Assembly: GCA_039815375.1 (NCBI GenBank)
Contig: JBCBZJ010000002.1
Coordinates: forward strand, 32,001 to 96,000
Source: Verrucomicrobiota bacterium
GTDB taxonomy: Bacteria > Verrucomicrobiota > Verrucomicrobiia > Opitutales > Coraliomargaritaceae
Length of the DNA stretch: 64,000 nucleotides
Reading direction: 5' to 3'
The translations under genes were made by a program, and so were the position numbers. Shown in pieces: positions 51,686 to 60,563 of the stretch. Every line of letters starts with the position of its first letter. Positions within the stretch are counted from its first letter, which is position 1. The notes under the pieces are model-generated. The model did not search any database. It saw only the letters and a list, made by a program, of their open reading frames with translations, and was not told the DNA's origin.

Positions 51686-52837
51686 CTAAAAAGGAATTCT
51701 GCATTCAACCTGAAGACTGCCCCAACTATGTTCTCTAGCTTGAGTGAGCTCGTGTTCTTCGGATCGCGTTATTTCCGAATAGGAAACCCTAATAGACTTA
51801 TATCGAAATGCCGCACCGTATTGCTCTTCATAGAAAAAGGGTTCTAGTTCCGAAGCGTTCAATTCGTGTTCACTGTCGAAAAACTGCCCTTGGAGCAGAG
51901 CATTGTAGCCAACCGCGTAACCCGTGTAGCGGACAAAAAGATACAACTCCAAGTTCTTAGGCTGCGTGTTTAGCATATACTTATACTTAGCCGAAGCGTC
52001 GTTTCTGCTTTTATTGATGGATGAACCTGGATTTATGTCGTGAGAATAAAACGCTGAGTTTATTAGGCCAAGGCGGGCCTGGACTCCCGCTTGTGCCATC
52101 GTGTAGTAGCCAATACTTCCTCCAAGAGTGCTTGTTAACTCGAGGAATTTTTGTTCTTCATTCGTTTCCAGTGTATAGAGTTCCTGCTGAAGAGACAATG
52201 CATACAATGCGGTTGGCTCGCCGCCATCTGAAATCTGATTATCCCATCCTTGTGGATCGACAGGGGTATCCTTATCTGCGGCTTTTCGATAAGCTTGGTG
52301 AAACCACGTCTGAGGTCTTTCTGCAATTCCGGGTATGCCGATGATACCAATTGTGAACTGTGTAGTCAGTGAACGCTTTCCTTCGCGGTCAACTGAGGTG
52401 TGAAGCCATGAGAAACTCAGAATAGAGGAATAGGGGCGATCATCAAGGATGGGGTCCTCCGCTGCCAGATCATCAGGAGTAAATGCAGCAATTCCTATGG
52501 ACGTATTATAGGTGCTGCTGTCGGGGAAGTGCTTTGAGCGAATCTCGTCTATGTGTAGAAATTCATCTACTGGCTCGGTGAGTCTCCATAGGACGTTTGC
52601 GTCTGAAGCGACTGAGAAGTTGAAACCAAGCCCCATTGTGTAATCACGATCCTCGTTATTGCTTACAAATAAATCCTGATCAAAATAAAGTCCTGTGAAG
52701 TTTGGTCTCGTGCTCCATACGCTACTTTTTTGGCTGTTGTTGTCACTTGATTGGCTGAATGTCTGAAAGCTAAGGCCTATAAAGAGTCCGAATATTAGAA
52801 GTAACTGCCTTAGGAAAACGTAATTTAAGTTAGTCAT
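51686..52837 (-). CDS. Lipid A deacylase LpxR (DUF2219) family protein
   Basis: DRDYTMG, FTPDD, DRPYS, QTWFH, GWDNQI, HSWGSL, terminal Phe. Confidence 0.82.
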   Translation of the reverse strand: MTNLNYVFLRQLLLIFGLFIGLSFQTFSQSSDNNSQKSSVWSTRPNFTGLYFDQDLFVSNNEDRDYTMGLGFNFSVASDANVLWRLTEPVDEFLHIDEIRSKHFPDSSTYNTSIGIAAFTPDDLAAEDPILDDRPYSSILSFSWLHTSVDREGKRSLTTQFTIGIIGIPGIAERPQTWFHQAYRKAADKDTPVDPQGWDNQISDGGEPTALYALSLQQELYTLETNEEQKFLELTSTLGGSIGYYTMAQAGVQARLGLINSAFYSHDINPGSSINKSRNDASAKYKYMLNTQPKNLELYLFVRYTGYAVGYNALLQGQFFDSEHELNASELEPFFYEEQYGAAFRYKSIRVSYSEITRSEEHELTQAREHSWGSLQVECRIPF

Positions 52838-53023
52838 GAAAACTAACTTTTGGATGAATGAACTGAATAGGCAATCAGAACTTTTACCTATAGGCCTTGG
52901 TAGCTTAGTTCAGCCCGTAGGTCAGTTTTCTCGTCTCTGTGTTCTTTGGAACTGTCTTCTGATTGCTGACTGTTCCGGTTCGCTGTGCGCCAGGTCTTGT
53001 CGTCGCTGTGCTCCTCGGAACTA

Positions 53024-53074
53024 TTAAAGCACCTGCGTCGTGGAAGAAATAATAGTCGCCTTGGTCGATCATGA
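53024..53074 (-). pseudogene. radC: radC extreme 3' fragment B
   Basis: MIDQGDYYFFHDAG; nucleotide match to about 57407-57456. Confidence 0.65.
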
Positions 53075-53172
53075 ATGAAACGCATTGCTTAAAGACTCCC
53101 CGGACCAGGAAATTTGGAGCGATTCATTGAAGACTTATGCGGTGATTTGGTAGTAGTTCGTTTTGAACAAGC

Positions 53173-53200
53173 TTGAAAGTGTGCACTTTAAGTGCATACT
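53173..53200 (+). promoter_or_regulatory. Promoter/operator of the TA operon
   Basis: TTGAAA...CATACT, overlapped by inverted repeats AAAGTG-TG-CACTTT and TGCACTT-T-AAGTGCA. Confidence 0.55.
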
Positions 53201-53208
53201 TAATGGGT

Positions 53209-53451
53209 ATGAAGTCATCATTACTCACTTTGCGGCGTAGCCCCTCTAAGATATTGAATGCGATTGAGAAGCGTCAGGAAGTAACCCTGACGAAGCGGGG
53301 CAAGCCTCTCGCAAGAATCGTCCCTTTGCACAGTGGAGTGGAGAGGGAGGTTCGTTCGCAGCCTGCCTTTGGTATGTGGGCGGATGGTTCGGTGCAATCC
53401 GTTGATGAGCAAGTGCGTGATTTGAGGGAGGGGCGTTTTAGTGATCTTTGA
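53209..53451 (+). CDS. Phd/YefM-type antitoxin
   Basis: LRRSPSKIL...VTLTKRGKPLARIVP; overlaps the PIN gene. Confidence 0.85.
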   Translation: MKSSLLTLRRSPSKILNAIEKRQEVTLTKRGKPLARIVPLHSGVEREVRSQPAFGMWADGSVQSVDEQVRDLREGRFSDL

Positions 53452-53824
53452 AACCGATGTTCTGATTTGGTGTTTTCGGGGTGACGAGAAAGCGGCCCGA
53501 GCTATCGATAGTTGTGGTGAACGCTTAATTTCGGCAGTGACTTTGATGGAACTACATCAGGGCGCGCGCAACAAGACAGAGCAGAAGGCGATCAGTAAGT
53601 TTGTTCGCGAAATGAATTTTCGTGTCCTACCCATTAACGAAAACATTTCGCACCGTGCGTGCATTTATGTCGAAGAGTTTTGCCTAAAAGCTGCGATGCA
53701 GATGGCTGATGCGCTGATCGCAGCCACAGCTGTTGAACTGGCTAAAACACTCTACACTGCAAATCATAAACACTACAAAGCAGTTACTGAATTAGAGACA
53801 AAAATATTCAAGCCGAGTTCTTGA
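53441..53824 (+). CDS. vapC: VapC / PIN-domain toxin
   Basis: FETDVLIW, ISAVTLMEL, ADALIAATA, TANHKHY. Confidence 0.88.
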   Translation: MIFETDVLIWCFRGDEKAARAIDSCGERLISAVTLMELHQGARNKTEQKAISKFVREMNFRVLPINENISHRACIYVEEFCLKAAMQMADALIAATAVELAKTLYTANHKHYKAVTELETKIFKPSS

Positions 53825-54183
53825 TATCGCGTATTTTAACAGGTTGATCGCAAGGGGAACGCGATATCTCACCCAAGGGTTGCGGAGGCGCAGAGAAGAA
53901 ATGATCATTGTGTCGTTGTTCGCCTTTGTGCCTTCGAGTACATCAGCTCCTGCCCTTTGAAGCTCATCGAGTAGCCCCCATCATGTTCTTAGAGCGCCAT
54001 CGGTTCACCTTCCGGAGTCGTCGACTCTGCCAGCTTGATTCGCGGTTTCATCTCTAGACTGCGCTCGTCTATGGCGTGATTGGCAACTGTATTCTTATCT
54101 TAGAATTGTCCGAATGCGTTTGACCGCTGCTATGGGCCGACAGATGACGCTGTTACTTTTTGTCCCTCCCCAAAAGAAGACAC

Positions 54184-55605
54184 TTATCTCCAAGGCTCCA
54201 TTGAGTTATGTTGAGGTAAGCTCCAGATGTTCCTGCCACTCTTCGAATCTATCTCATACACGCTGAAGAAATGATCCCGTTTTTGCCTGAGTGTCATTTG
54301 GATCGCATCGGACGGTGCTGCGCTTTCGAAGCGCTCGCCTAACGGGTGCACCAGATCGTACCAAACTTCCTCAAAACTCCCATCTTCTCGATAAAGGGTA
54401 GTTAGTTTCCACCTCCCATTATGCACCATGCGAGCGTTTCCGTATTCAGCGTATTGGTGCCTTCGCCAATCTGGACGTTTTCCTTCGATTAGCGGTAAAA
54501 GGCTTTGTCCTGGGCCCAAAGTTTCCACAGTTTCACCATAGGCAAGGTTCAGGAGCGTTGCATGTAAATCGCAAAGCGTCACAAACTCTTCGCGAACTTG
54601 CCCTGACTGGCCCAGCGCAGCTCCACCGCCGACAATCATGGGAATATCGATAGACTCCTGATAGAGATTCTGAGGGATACTTGCGTTTCCTTTCCCGTAG
54701 AGCCCATATTGCCCTGTAAGATGCCCGTGGTCTGAAGTAAAGACGACGACTGTGTTCCTATCTAAGTGTCGTCCTTGTAGCGCATCTAGAATGCGCCCGA
54801 CCTGCTCGTCTAACAGACTCACGGCCGCAAGGTATTGGGCCAACTGCTCTGTATGATTCGTAATGATTTCTCCCGCCATTTTCGGGCGTCTTAGGCTAGA
54901 ATTCCCTCCAGATGCCACAATGTCTTTTGCGATGGGGCGATAGCGCTCAACCAAGCGTTCAGGCAAATCTTCGAATGGGAAATGTGGCTCCACATAATTA
55001 AGAAAAACAGCGAATGGCTTGCCTGAATCTTCATCGATGAAATCGATCGCGTTATCAGTCAAATAATGTGCCTGAACCCCGGTATAAGCCTCAGCTACAC
55101 CATCCCGCGAAAAGTGGACTGTCCCCGCATGCAAATATTGGTTAATCCAAGGCGCGTTGCGTTGATCATAGCTTAACCAACCGTCGAATCCACGCACTGG
55201 CCGATGACCGTTATTATCCGCGTGCCATTTGCCAAACAAACCGACGCGATAACCGGCGTCCTGTAGTTGTTCAGACAGTAGTGTTTCCCCCGCAAGCCAA
55301 CCTTCCTCCCGAGCAAAGTCCTCTGATAAAAAATCATGCACCCCATGCTGCGAAGGCATCTTGCCGGTGAAAAAACTTGCTCGTGCTGCAGAGCAAACCG
55401 GAACTGGCGAGATCGCCTGATCAAAACGAACCCCTGTCTCCGCTAGGAAATCCAAGTTTGGCGTATGGATTCGCTTGTCGTAGGCCCCTAGAGCCCATTT
55501 GCCCTGATCATCCGACATCATTACGATGATATTGAGTGGAGTTTCACCATTCGCCCAAGAAAAAGCTCCAGAGCAAACAGCGATACTTAACCAGAGGAGA
55601 CGCAT
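54184..55605 (-). CDS. Sulfatase
   Basis: NIIVMMSDD, VCSAARAS, GKWH, EPHFP, TSDHG. Confidence 0.9.
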   Translation of the reverse strand: MRLLWLSIAVCSGAFSWANGETPLNIIVMMSDDQGKWALGAYDKRIHTPNLDFLAETGVRFDQAISPVPVCSAARASFFTGKMPSQHGVHDFLSEDFAREEGWLAGETLLSEQLQDAGYRVGLFGKWHADNNGHRPVRGFDGWLSYDQRNAPWINQYLHAGTVHFSRDGVAEAYTGVQAHYLTDNAIDFIDEDSGKPFAVFLNYVEPHFPFEDLPERLVERYRPIAKDIVASGGNSSLRRPKMAGEIITNHTEQLAQYLAAVSLLDEQVGRILDALQGRHLDRNTVVVFTSDHGHLTGQYGLYGKGNASIPQNLYQESIDIPMIVGGGAALGQSGQVREEFVTLCDLHATLLNLAYGETVETLGPGQSLLPLIEGKRPDWRRHQYAEYGNARMVHNGRWKLTTLYREDGSFEEVWYDLVHPLGERFESAAPSDAIQMTLRQKRDHFFSVYEIDSKSGRNIWSLPQHNSMEPWR

Positions 55606-55710
55606 ATGGCGGCTGATATTTTGGATCTGTTTAGAGAAAGAATTACAGTTCCTAATATATAATGAGGCTACAAGGAGTCGATAAGTGGGCAAACGCAAAA
55701 TTAAAGATTA

Positions 55711-55839
55711 CTAGCTGTTAACCAGATTACTCACCTAGTTTGGGTGTCCCATTTGCAGGCGTTGCGCGATCCAGGATTTTTTGGCGGTCGTTTGCTTTCT
55801 TAGTTTGCGGGCGATTTCGATCTTCCAGTATGCCCCCTT
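55711..55839 (-). pseudogene. RAYT/IS200-like transposase C-terminal remnant
   Basis: KGAYWKIEIARKLRKQTTAKKSWIAQRLQMGHPN*VSNLVN, resembling from memory the C-terminus of Opitutales REP-associated tyrosine transposases. Confidence 0.6.
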
Positions 55840-56031
55840 TTATTTCCCCACGATTTTGCCGATGGCTTCGGCGGGCAACTCACCTTTGTGCAGCTCGAAA
55901 ATCGCGACCAAAAGCGAGAGCTCAATGTTCATTTTTTTCGGCGTGGTCGCCTTCATTTCCGCAAGAATTTCGAGCGCCTTAGTTTCGGCTTTCTTATAAT
56001 ACTTAAAATTTTCTTCAGATACTGTCGGCAT
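55840..56031 (-). pseudogene. 3'-truncated paralog of 46583-46825
   Basis: MPTVSEENFKYYKKAETKALEILAEMKATTPKKMNIELSLLVAIFELHKGELPAEAIGKIVGK*; lacks about 17 C-terminal residues. Confidence 0.75.
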
Positions 56032-56201
56032 TCGTGAAACGATTGCTTGGTCGCGCTCCCAGTCAAGTGTGCTAGCATCGGGCGCCATCTCCCTTATTAC
56101 TGACCTGAGGTAGGGCGGCAGCGCAAAGATGGTGAGCCTATAAAGCGTAGCCCGTTGGGTGAACGAGCCTTGTTGGCGGTCAAAACGGATCCACTCACTG
56201 C

Positions 56202-57365
56202 TTAAACTCTGATTGTTAGTCGCTGAACTGCCTCGCGGGCAGATTGGGCTGCCATGTGGACGGAGCCCCAGTCCTCGCCATCGGTATAACTGTCGCCGGC
56301 GAAGAAGACGCGGTCGCCAAGAGGTTCCCGCATGCGTGGTGGGAGCTTCCAACTCGCAGAATCGGCGACATAGGCCTGCCGAATGAAAGGTTCTGTATCC
56401 CAGTTTTGAGAGATGTGTTTCACATAGTGACGTGTTGCGGCGCTATCGAAGATCTCGTCCAACTCAGCGAGGATCTGGTCACGTAAGCTCTCTTCATTTA
56501 ATCTTTGGTAGGGTTTTGCCTGATCGCCAACACTGAAAAGGCTGAGCACATGGTCGGCCGAACTCTGCCCATAGGCGGCATCGTAGAACATTTTTTGACC
56601 GCGGCGATTATTGCTCCCTTTGGTCTCCAGAATAGTCGGGTAGAATTTCTCGTCGAACTGAAGAGAGACTTTCATGCCGCCCCAAATGTCGACCGTTTCA
56701 AAGGCGCGCCGTTGGCGACTGGGCATCGGGGGGACGAATCGAATGTCCTTATCTCTGATGATTTGCGGGGGCACGGTGACGATAGCCGCATCTGCTGCAT
56801 AAACCTGATCGTTCTGATCTTTGACTCGGACGCCTTGATCCGAGTGATCGAACTCGATCACCTTTGTGTTGAACTGGATGTGCGCTTCGATCGAAGGCAG
56901 GAGATACTGCTCAAAGAAGGTCAGCCATGTTCCGTCGACGAACTTCAGATCGGGGTAGTTGCCTAAAGCTTCGATCTGAAGTTTGCTGTTCGCATAAAAG
57001 CCATAGCTGGCATTGCTCCGGTAGCTGGCGAGTCGTGTTGTGACGTCCACAGAGGGGTCGTTCACAATTTTTCCCAAGGTCTGTTCATCCAGATGGAGCC
57101 ACTCGGCACCCAGAGGAATAGGGAAGTCGACAAAATCCGTGCTGGTTTTGATTCTCCCACCATGCACGCCTGCTGCCTCAAGCACACGAAAAGGAATGCC
57201 CAACTGTTTGAGCAAATACGCGGCCGAGATGCCTGCGACTCCGGCACCAATAATGACGACCAAGCCATTGAACCGGTTTGTGATCGGCGGTGATCCGAAG
57301 CAAGCGTTCAAACCGAGTGCTGCGCAAACGCCTATAAATTGACGGCGACTGACTAATGGGGGCAT
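56202..57365 (-). CDS. Tat-exported flavin monoamine oxidase family protein
   Basis: SRRQFI Tat motif; IIGAGVAG, GGRIKT, LGAEWLH, VFFAGD, GSVHMA. Confidence 0.88.
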   Translation of the reverse strand: MPPLVSRRQFIGVCAALGLNACFGSPPITNRFNGLVVIIGAGVAGISAAYLLKQLGIPFRVLEAAGVHGGRIKTSTDFVDFPIPLGAEWLHLDEQTLGKIVNDPSVDVTTRLASYRSNASYGFYANSKLQIEALGNYPDLKFVDGTWLTFFEQYLLPSIEAHIQFNTKVIEFDHSDQGVRVKDQNDQVYAADAAIVTVPPQIIRDKDIRFVPPMPSRQRRAFETVDIWGGMKVSLQFDEKFYPTILETKGSNNRRGQKMFYDAAYGQSSADHVLSLFSVGDQAKPYQRLNEESLRDQILAELDEIFDSAATRHYVKHISQNWDTEPFIRQAYVADSASWKLPPRMREPLGDRVFFAGDSYTDGEDWGSVHMAAQSAREAVQRLTIRV

Positions 57366-57404
57366 CGCGATAAAACGAACACGAGTTCGAACCAACGAGC
57401 AAAC

Positions 57405-57606
57405 TCAAAGCACTCCTGCGTCGTGGAAGGAATAATAGTTGCCTCGGCCGATGATGATGTGGTCGCAGAAGCGGATGCCGAGGCCTTGCATATAGCGTCT
57501 CAGCTTGCGGGTGAAAGTTTCGTCCTCGGGGCTGGGCGTCGGGTCGCCGGATGAGTGGTTGTGCACCAGGATCACATGATACGCATTCAGGGCAATCGGG
57601 GCGCGG
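57405..57606 (-). pseudogene. radC: radC 3' fragment C
   Basis: RAPIALNAYHVILVHNHSSGDPTPSPEDETFTRKLRRYMQGLGIRFCDHIIIGRGNYYSFHDAGVL*. Confidence 0.88.
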
Positions 57607-57664
57607 GTCGTGTTCTGCGTAATAGTAGGCGTAGATGTCAGTGTCTTTTTTGGTCTTCCTTGGA

Positions 57665-57815
57665 TGCCGTAATTCTTGTAATGAGCTCTTCGTAGTGCGC
57701 CCGCTTCTTCTTTGGTAGTTGTAAAAGCCTGCTGCTATGTCGACTAACTGATTGTGGAACACCCGTATTCAATTGATTTGTAATCCACGTATTTGGCTCA
57801 CTCGTTTGCTTTTTT
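57665..57815 (-). pseudogene. RAYT-like transposase C-terminal remnant (second copy at about 59447-59597)
   Basis: KKQTSEPNTWITNQLNTGVPQSVSR...YEELITRIT; same motif layout as 55711-55839. Confidence 0.5.
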
Positions 57816-58265
57816 GAGGCTGCTTGACCCCTTGGCTTATTGTTTAGGGACCTGTAGGTGCTATAAATTAGGGTATTCAAAGAATTACGGAATGACCCTT
57901 GCTTTTAGTCTCCGTGGATTTACGTCCAGGTCGGCGATGTTGATGAAGCCCTTCGGGTGCTTTTACAGGCTCAAAAGAAGACGGTAGAGGATACATTCAC
58001 CAAGGACTGGGAGTATTTGTATAACGACATTGTAAAGAGTTTATATAATCAGGTCTACGAGATCAGTGGTATGGCCTCTATCTGGAGACTCCGCCGGCGC
58101 CGAAAAAGCAGCAGGTGCGCGGTAATGGACGCAACCCGTATGGGTTCTAGCTTCTACGTTTCCCTAGATATTATTTGCTGTAGTGACGTTGCTTGCCGAC
58201 GCCCGCGCAAATATGAATGCTACAGTCTTCAGCTCGGATCAATTTGCACCACAAAGGTAATGACA

Positions 58266-58336
58266 TGACCCCATTTTAGCCTACCCCATTTTTAGCCTTG
58301 ACCCCATTTTTAGCCTCTGACCCCATTTTTAGCCCC
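58266..58336 (+). repeat. Four tandem ~17-bp units (TG)ACCCCATTTTTAGCC
   Basis: Directly visible; no spacers between units. Confidence 0.9.
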
Positions 58337-58340
58337 CTCG

Positions 58341-58429
58341 ATCGATGATGATGTGGTCGCAAGGGCGGATGCCGAGGCCTTGCATATAGCGTCTCAACTC
58401 GCGGGTGAAGGTTTCGTCCTCGGGGCTGG
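58341..58429 (-). pseudogene. radC: radC internal fragment D
   Basis: SPEDETFTRELRRYMQGLGIRPCDHIII. Confidence 0.8.
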
Positions 58430-58475
58430 AATTCTTTAGATTGACTCGTCTGAACGCAGAGCTCATCAGAAATTT

Positions 58476-59180
58476 ATGAAGCCATTCTTACTTCTTGTGA
58501 TCGTTTGCTTAAGTTTAACCGGTTGTGTGACCTTTACCGAGGTCGATTGGAGAACGCAGTCTAAGTATAAAAAAGTAGCAGTTGTTTCTACTCTGGGTGA
58601 GGAGATTTCTGTCATTAACCAGCGTTTCATGGTCGGGGACAATATCATGGAAACTCGCTCGCTGCCTTACCAGTCAATCGTCAAGCCAACCGAGGACTTG
58701 GTAATCGATAAGTTGGCTGAAAAAAATATGATTGGTGTGTCAGTTTACCAGGAGATGAAGGACTTTGATTTCATCAATAATTTCTTTCCCGCTGAGCCGA
58801 TGCTAAGGACTGCAAAGATTAAGGAGAAGTTGCGGGGCATGGGGTATGATCTAGCCGTGGTCATTTTACCGAGCACTATTCTTCCCGGAGACCATAATTC
58901 TTACTACTACAATGAGATGGGAGTTTATCGCTGGCATGTCATGTCTAAGCCGAAGAATCAGGCTTTTGCTTATTTCTACCTCTACTTTCTGGATCTCATA
59001 GGGGAAGACGACCTGAGGGGCGGAGGTGGTATTCGACGGGAACCGTCCGTAGTCTCTCTAGAAGCACTCGTTAAGGATGACGTTCCGCTCACCGAAGCTG
59101 ATTGGAAACAAATTGAGGACCAAGTTCGTGATATAGCCCTCAAGCGCGTTTCAGAGGTATTGGACGAACAATTTAACTAG
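58476..59180 (+). CDS. Hypothetical lipoprotein
   Basis: Lipobox LTGC; flanked on both sides by radC fragments. Confidence 0.8.
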   Translation: MKPFLLLVIVCLSLTGCVTFTEVDWRTQSKYKKVAVVSTLGEEISVINQRFMVGDNIMETRSLPYQSIVKPTEDLVIDKLAEKNMIGVSVYQEMKDFDFINNFFPAEPMLRTAKIKEKLRGMGYDLAVVILPSTILPGDHNSYYYNEMGVYRWHVMSKPKNQAFAYFYLYFLDLIGEDDLRGGGGIRREPSVVSLEALVKDDVPLTEADWKQIEDQVRDIALKRVSEVLDEQFN

Positions 59181-59186
59181 GTCTGT

Positions 59187-59388
59187 TCAAAGCACTCCAG
59201 CGTCGGAGAAGGAATAATAGTCGCTTTGTCCGAGGATGATATGGTCGCAGAAGCGGATGCCGAGGCCTTGCATATAGCGTCGTAGCTCGCGGGTGAAGGT
59301 TTCGTCCTCGGGGCTGGGCGTGGGGTCGCCGGATGGGTGGTTATGCACCAAAATCACATGATACGCATTCAGAGCAATCGGGGCGCGG
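59187..59388 (-). pseudogene. radC: radC 3' fragment E
   Basis: RAPIALNAYHVILVHNHPSGDPTPSPEDETFTRELRRYMQGLGIRFCDHIILGQSDYYSFSDAGVL*. Confidence 0.88.
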
Positions 59389-60002
59389 GCCGTGTTCTGC
59401 GTAATAGTAGGCGTAGATGTCAGTGTCTTTTTTGGTCTTCCTTGGATGCCGTAATTCTTGTAATAAGCTCTTCGTAGTGCGCCCGCTTCTTCTTTGGTAG
59501 TTGTAAAAGCCTGCTGCTATGTCGACTAACTGATTGTGGAACACCCGTATTCAATTGATTTGTAATCCACGTATTTGGCCCACTCGTTTGCTTTTTTGAG
59601 GCTGCCTGACCCCTTGGCTTATTGTTTAGGGACCTGTAGGTGCTATAAATTAGGGTATTCAAAGAATTACGGAATGACCCCTGCTTTTAGTCCCCGTGGA
59701 TTTACGTCCAGGTCGGCGATGTTGATGAAGCCCGTCGGGTGCTCAAAAGAAGACGGGAGAGGATACATTCACCAAGAACTGGGAGCATTTGTATAACGAC
59801 ATTGTAAAGAGTTTATACAATCAGATCTACGGGATCAGTGGTATGGCCTCTATCTAGAGACTCCGCCGGCGCCGAAAAAGCAGCGGGTGCGCGGTAATGG
59901 ACGCAACCCGTATGGGTTCTAGCTTCTGCGTTTGCCTAGATATTATTTGCTGTAGTGGCTTTGCTTGCCGACGCCCGCGCAAATATGAATGCTACAGTCT
60001 TC

Positions 60003-60107
<105 letters not shown>

Positions 60108-60110
<3 letters not shown>

Positions 60111-60550
60111 ATCGTGGCGATATAGCTATACTAGATAATGAATCATCGAGAACCTCATATCTTTGCGATGCAGATGAGGAGGGTGCGCGAATCAAAACAA
60201 AAATTTTATCTGCTGGTGTTGCTGAGGGTAAAGTCCATACGCTTCCATTAGAAGGAAGTGTTATCGAGGACTATATTAATCTCGAAAGCTATGTGTTTGC
60301 TCTCAATGAAGAGTTCTCCCGTTCTGGGGTAGCCGATCAGATCTCAACCGATTGCTTCAATGGAGAAAATAGACCTAGGCAGCTTCAAGAGTGGTGCGCA
60401 CAGAGAAATATTGAATGTCCAAGCAAGCGTGCAGTCGCGTATCACATTATTGAGAGCGGTTATGAACATAGCGTAGCTGATCCTGCGAAGCGTGACGAGT
60501 TGCGATCATTGCACGAGAGAATCTGTGATTCTCTGGGGTTGGAACGATAG
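60108..60550 (+). pseudogene. 5'-truncated gene, possibly the TOPRIM half of an OLD-family nuclease
   Basis: The frame of ORF 60293-60550 is open back to 60108 without a start codon: ILDNESSRTSYLCDADEEGARIKTKIL...LPLEGSVIEDYI (DxD and IED motifs). Confidence 0.45.
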
Positions 60551-60563
60551 AGTAGAGTCGACT

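Larger units (their letters stand above)
57405..58285. repeat. ~880-bp direct repeat, copy 1 (radC 3' fragment, RAYT remnant and degraded ORF)
   Basis: Collinear and highly similar to 59187-60056; differs by SNPs and an ~11-bp indel near 57961. Confidence 0.92.

Noticed and set aside
51282..51704. His/Arg-rich ORFs here and at 57178-57762
   Set aside because: They are off-frame readings of radC fragments.
58266..58336. Possible CRISPR array
   Set aside because: Units are about 17 bp and abutting, with no unique spacers and no cas genes.
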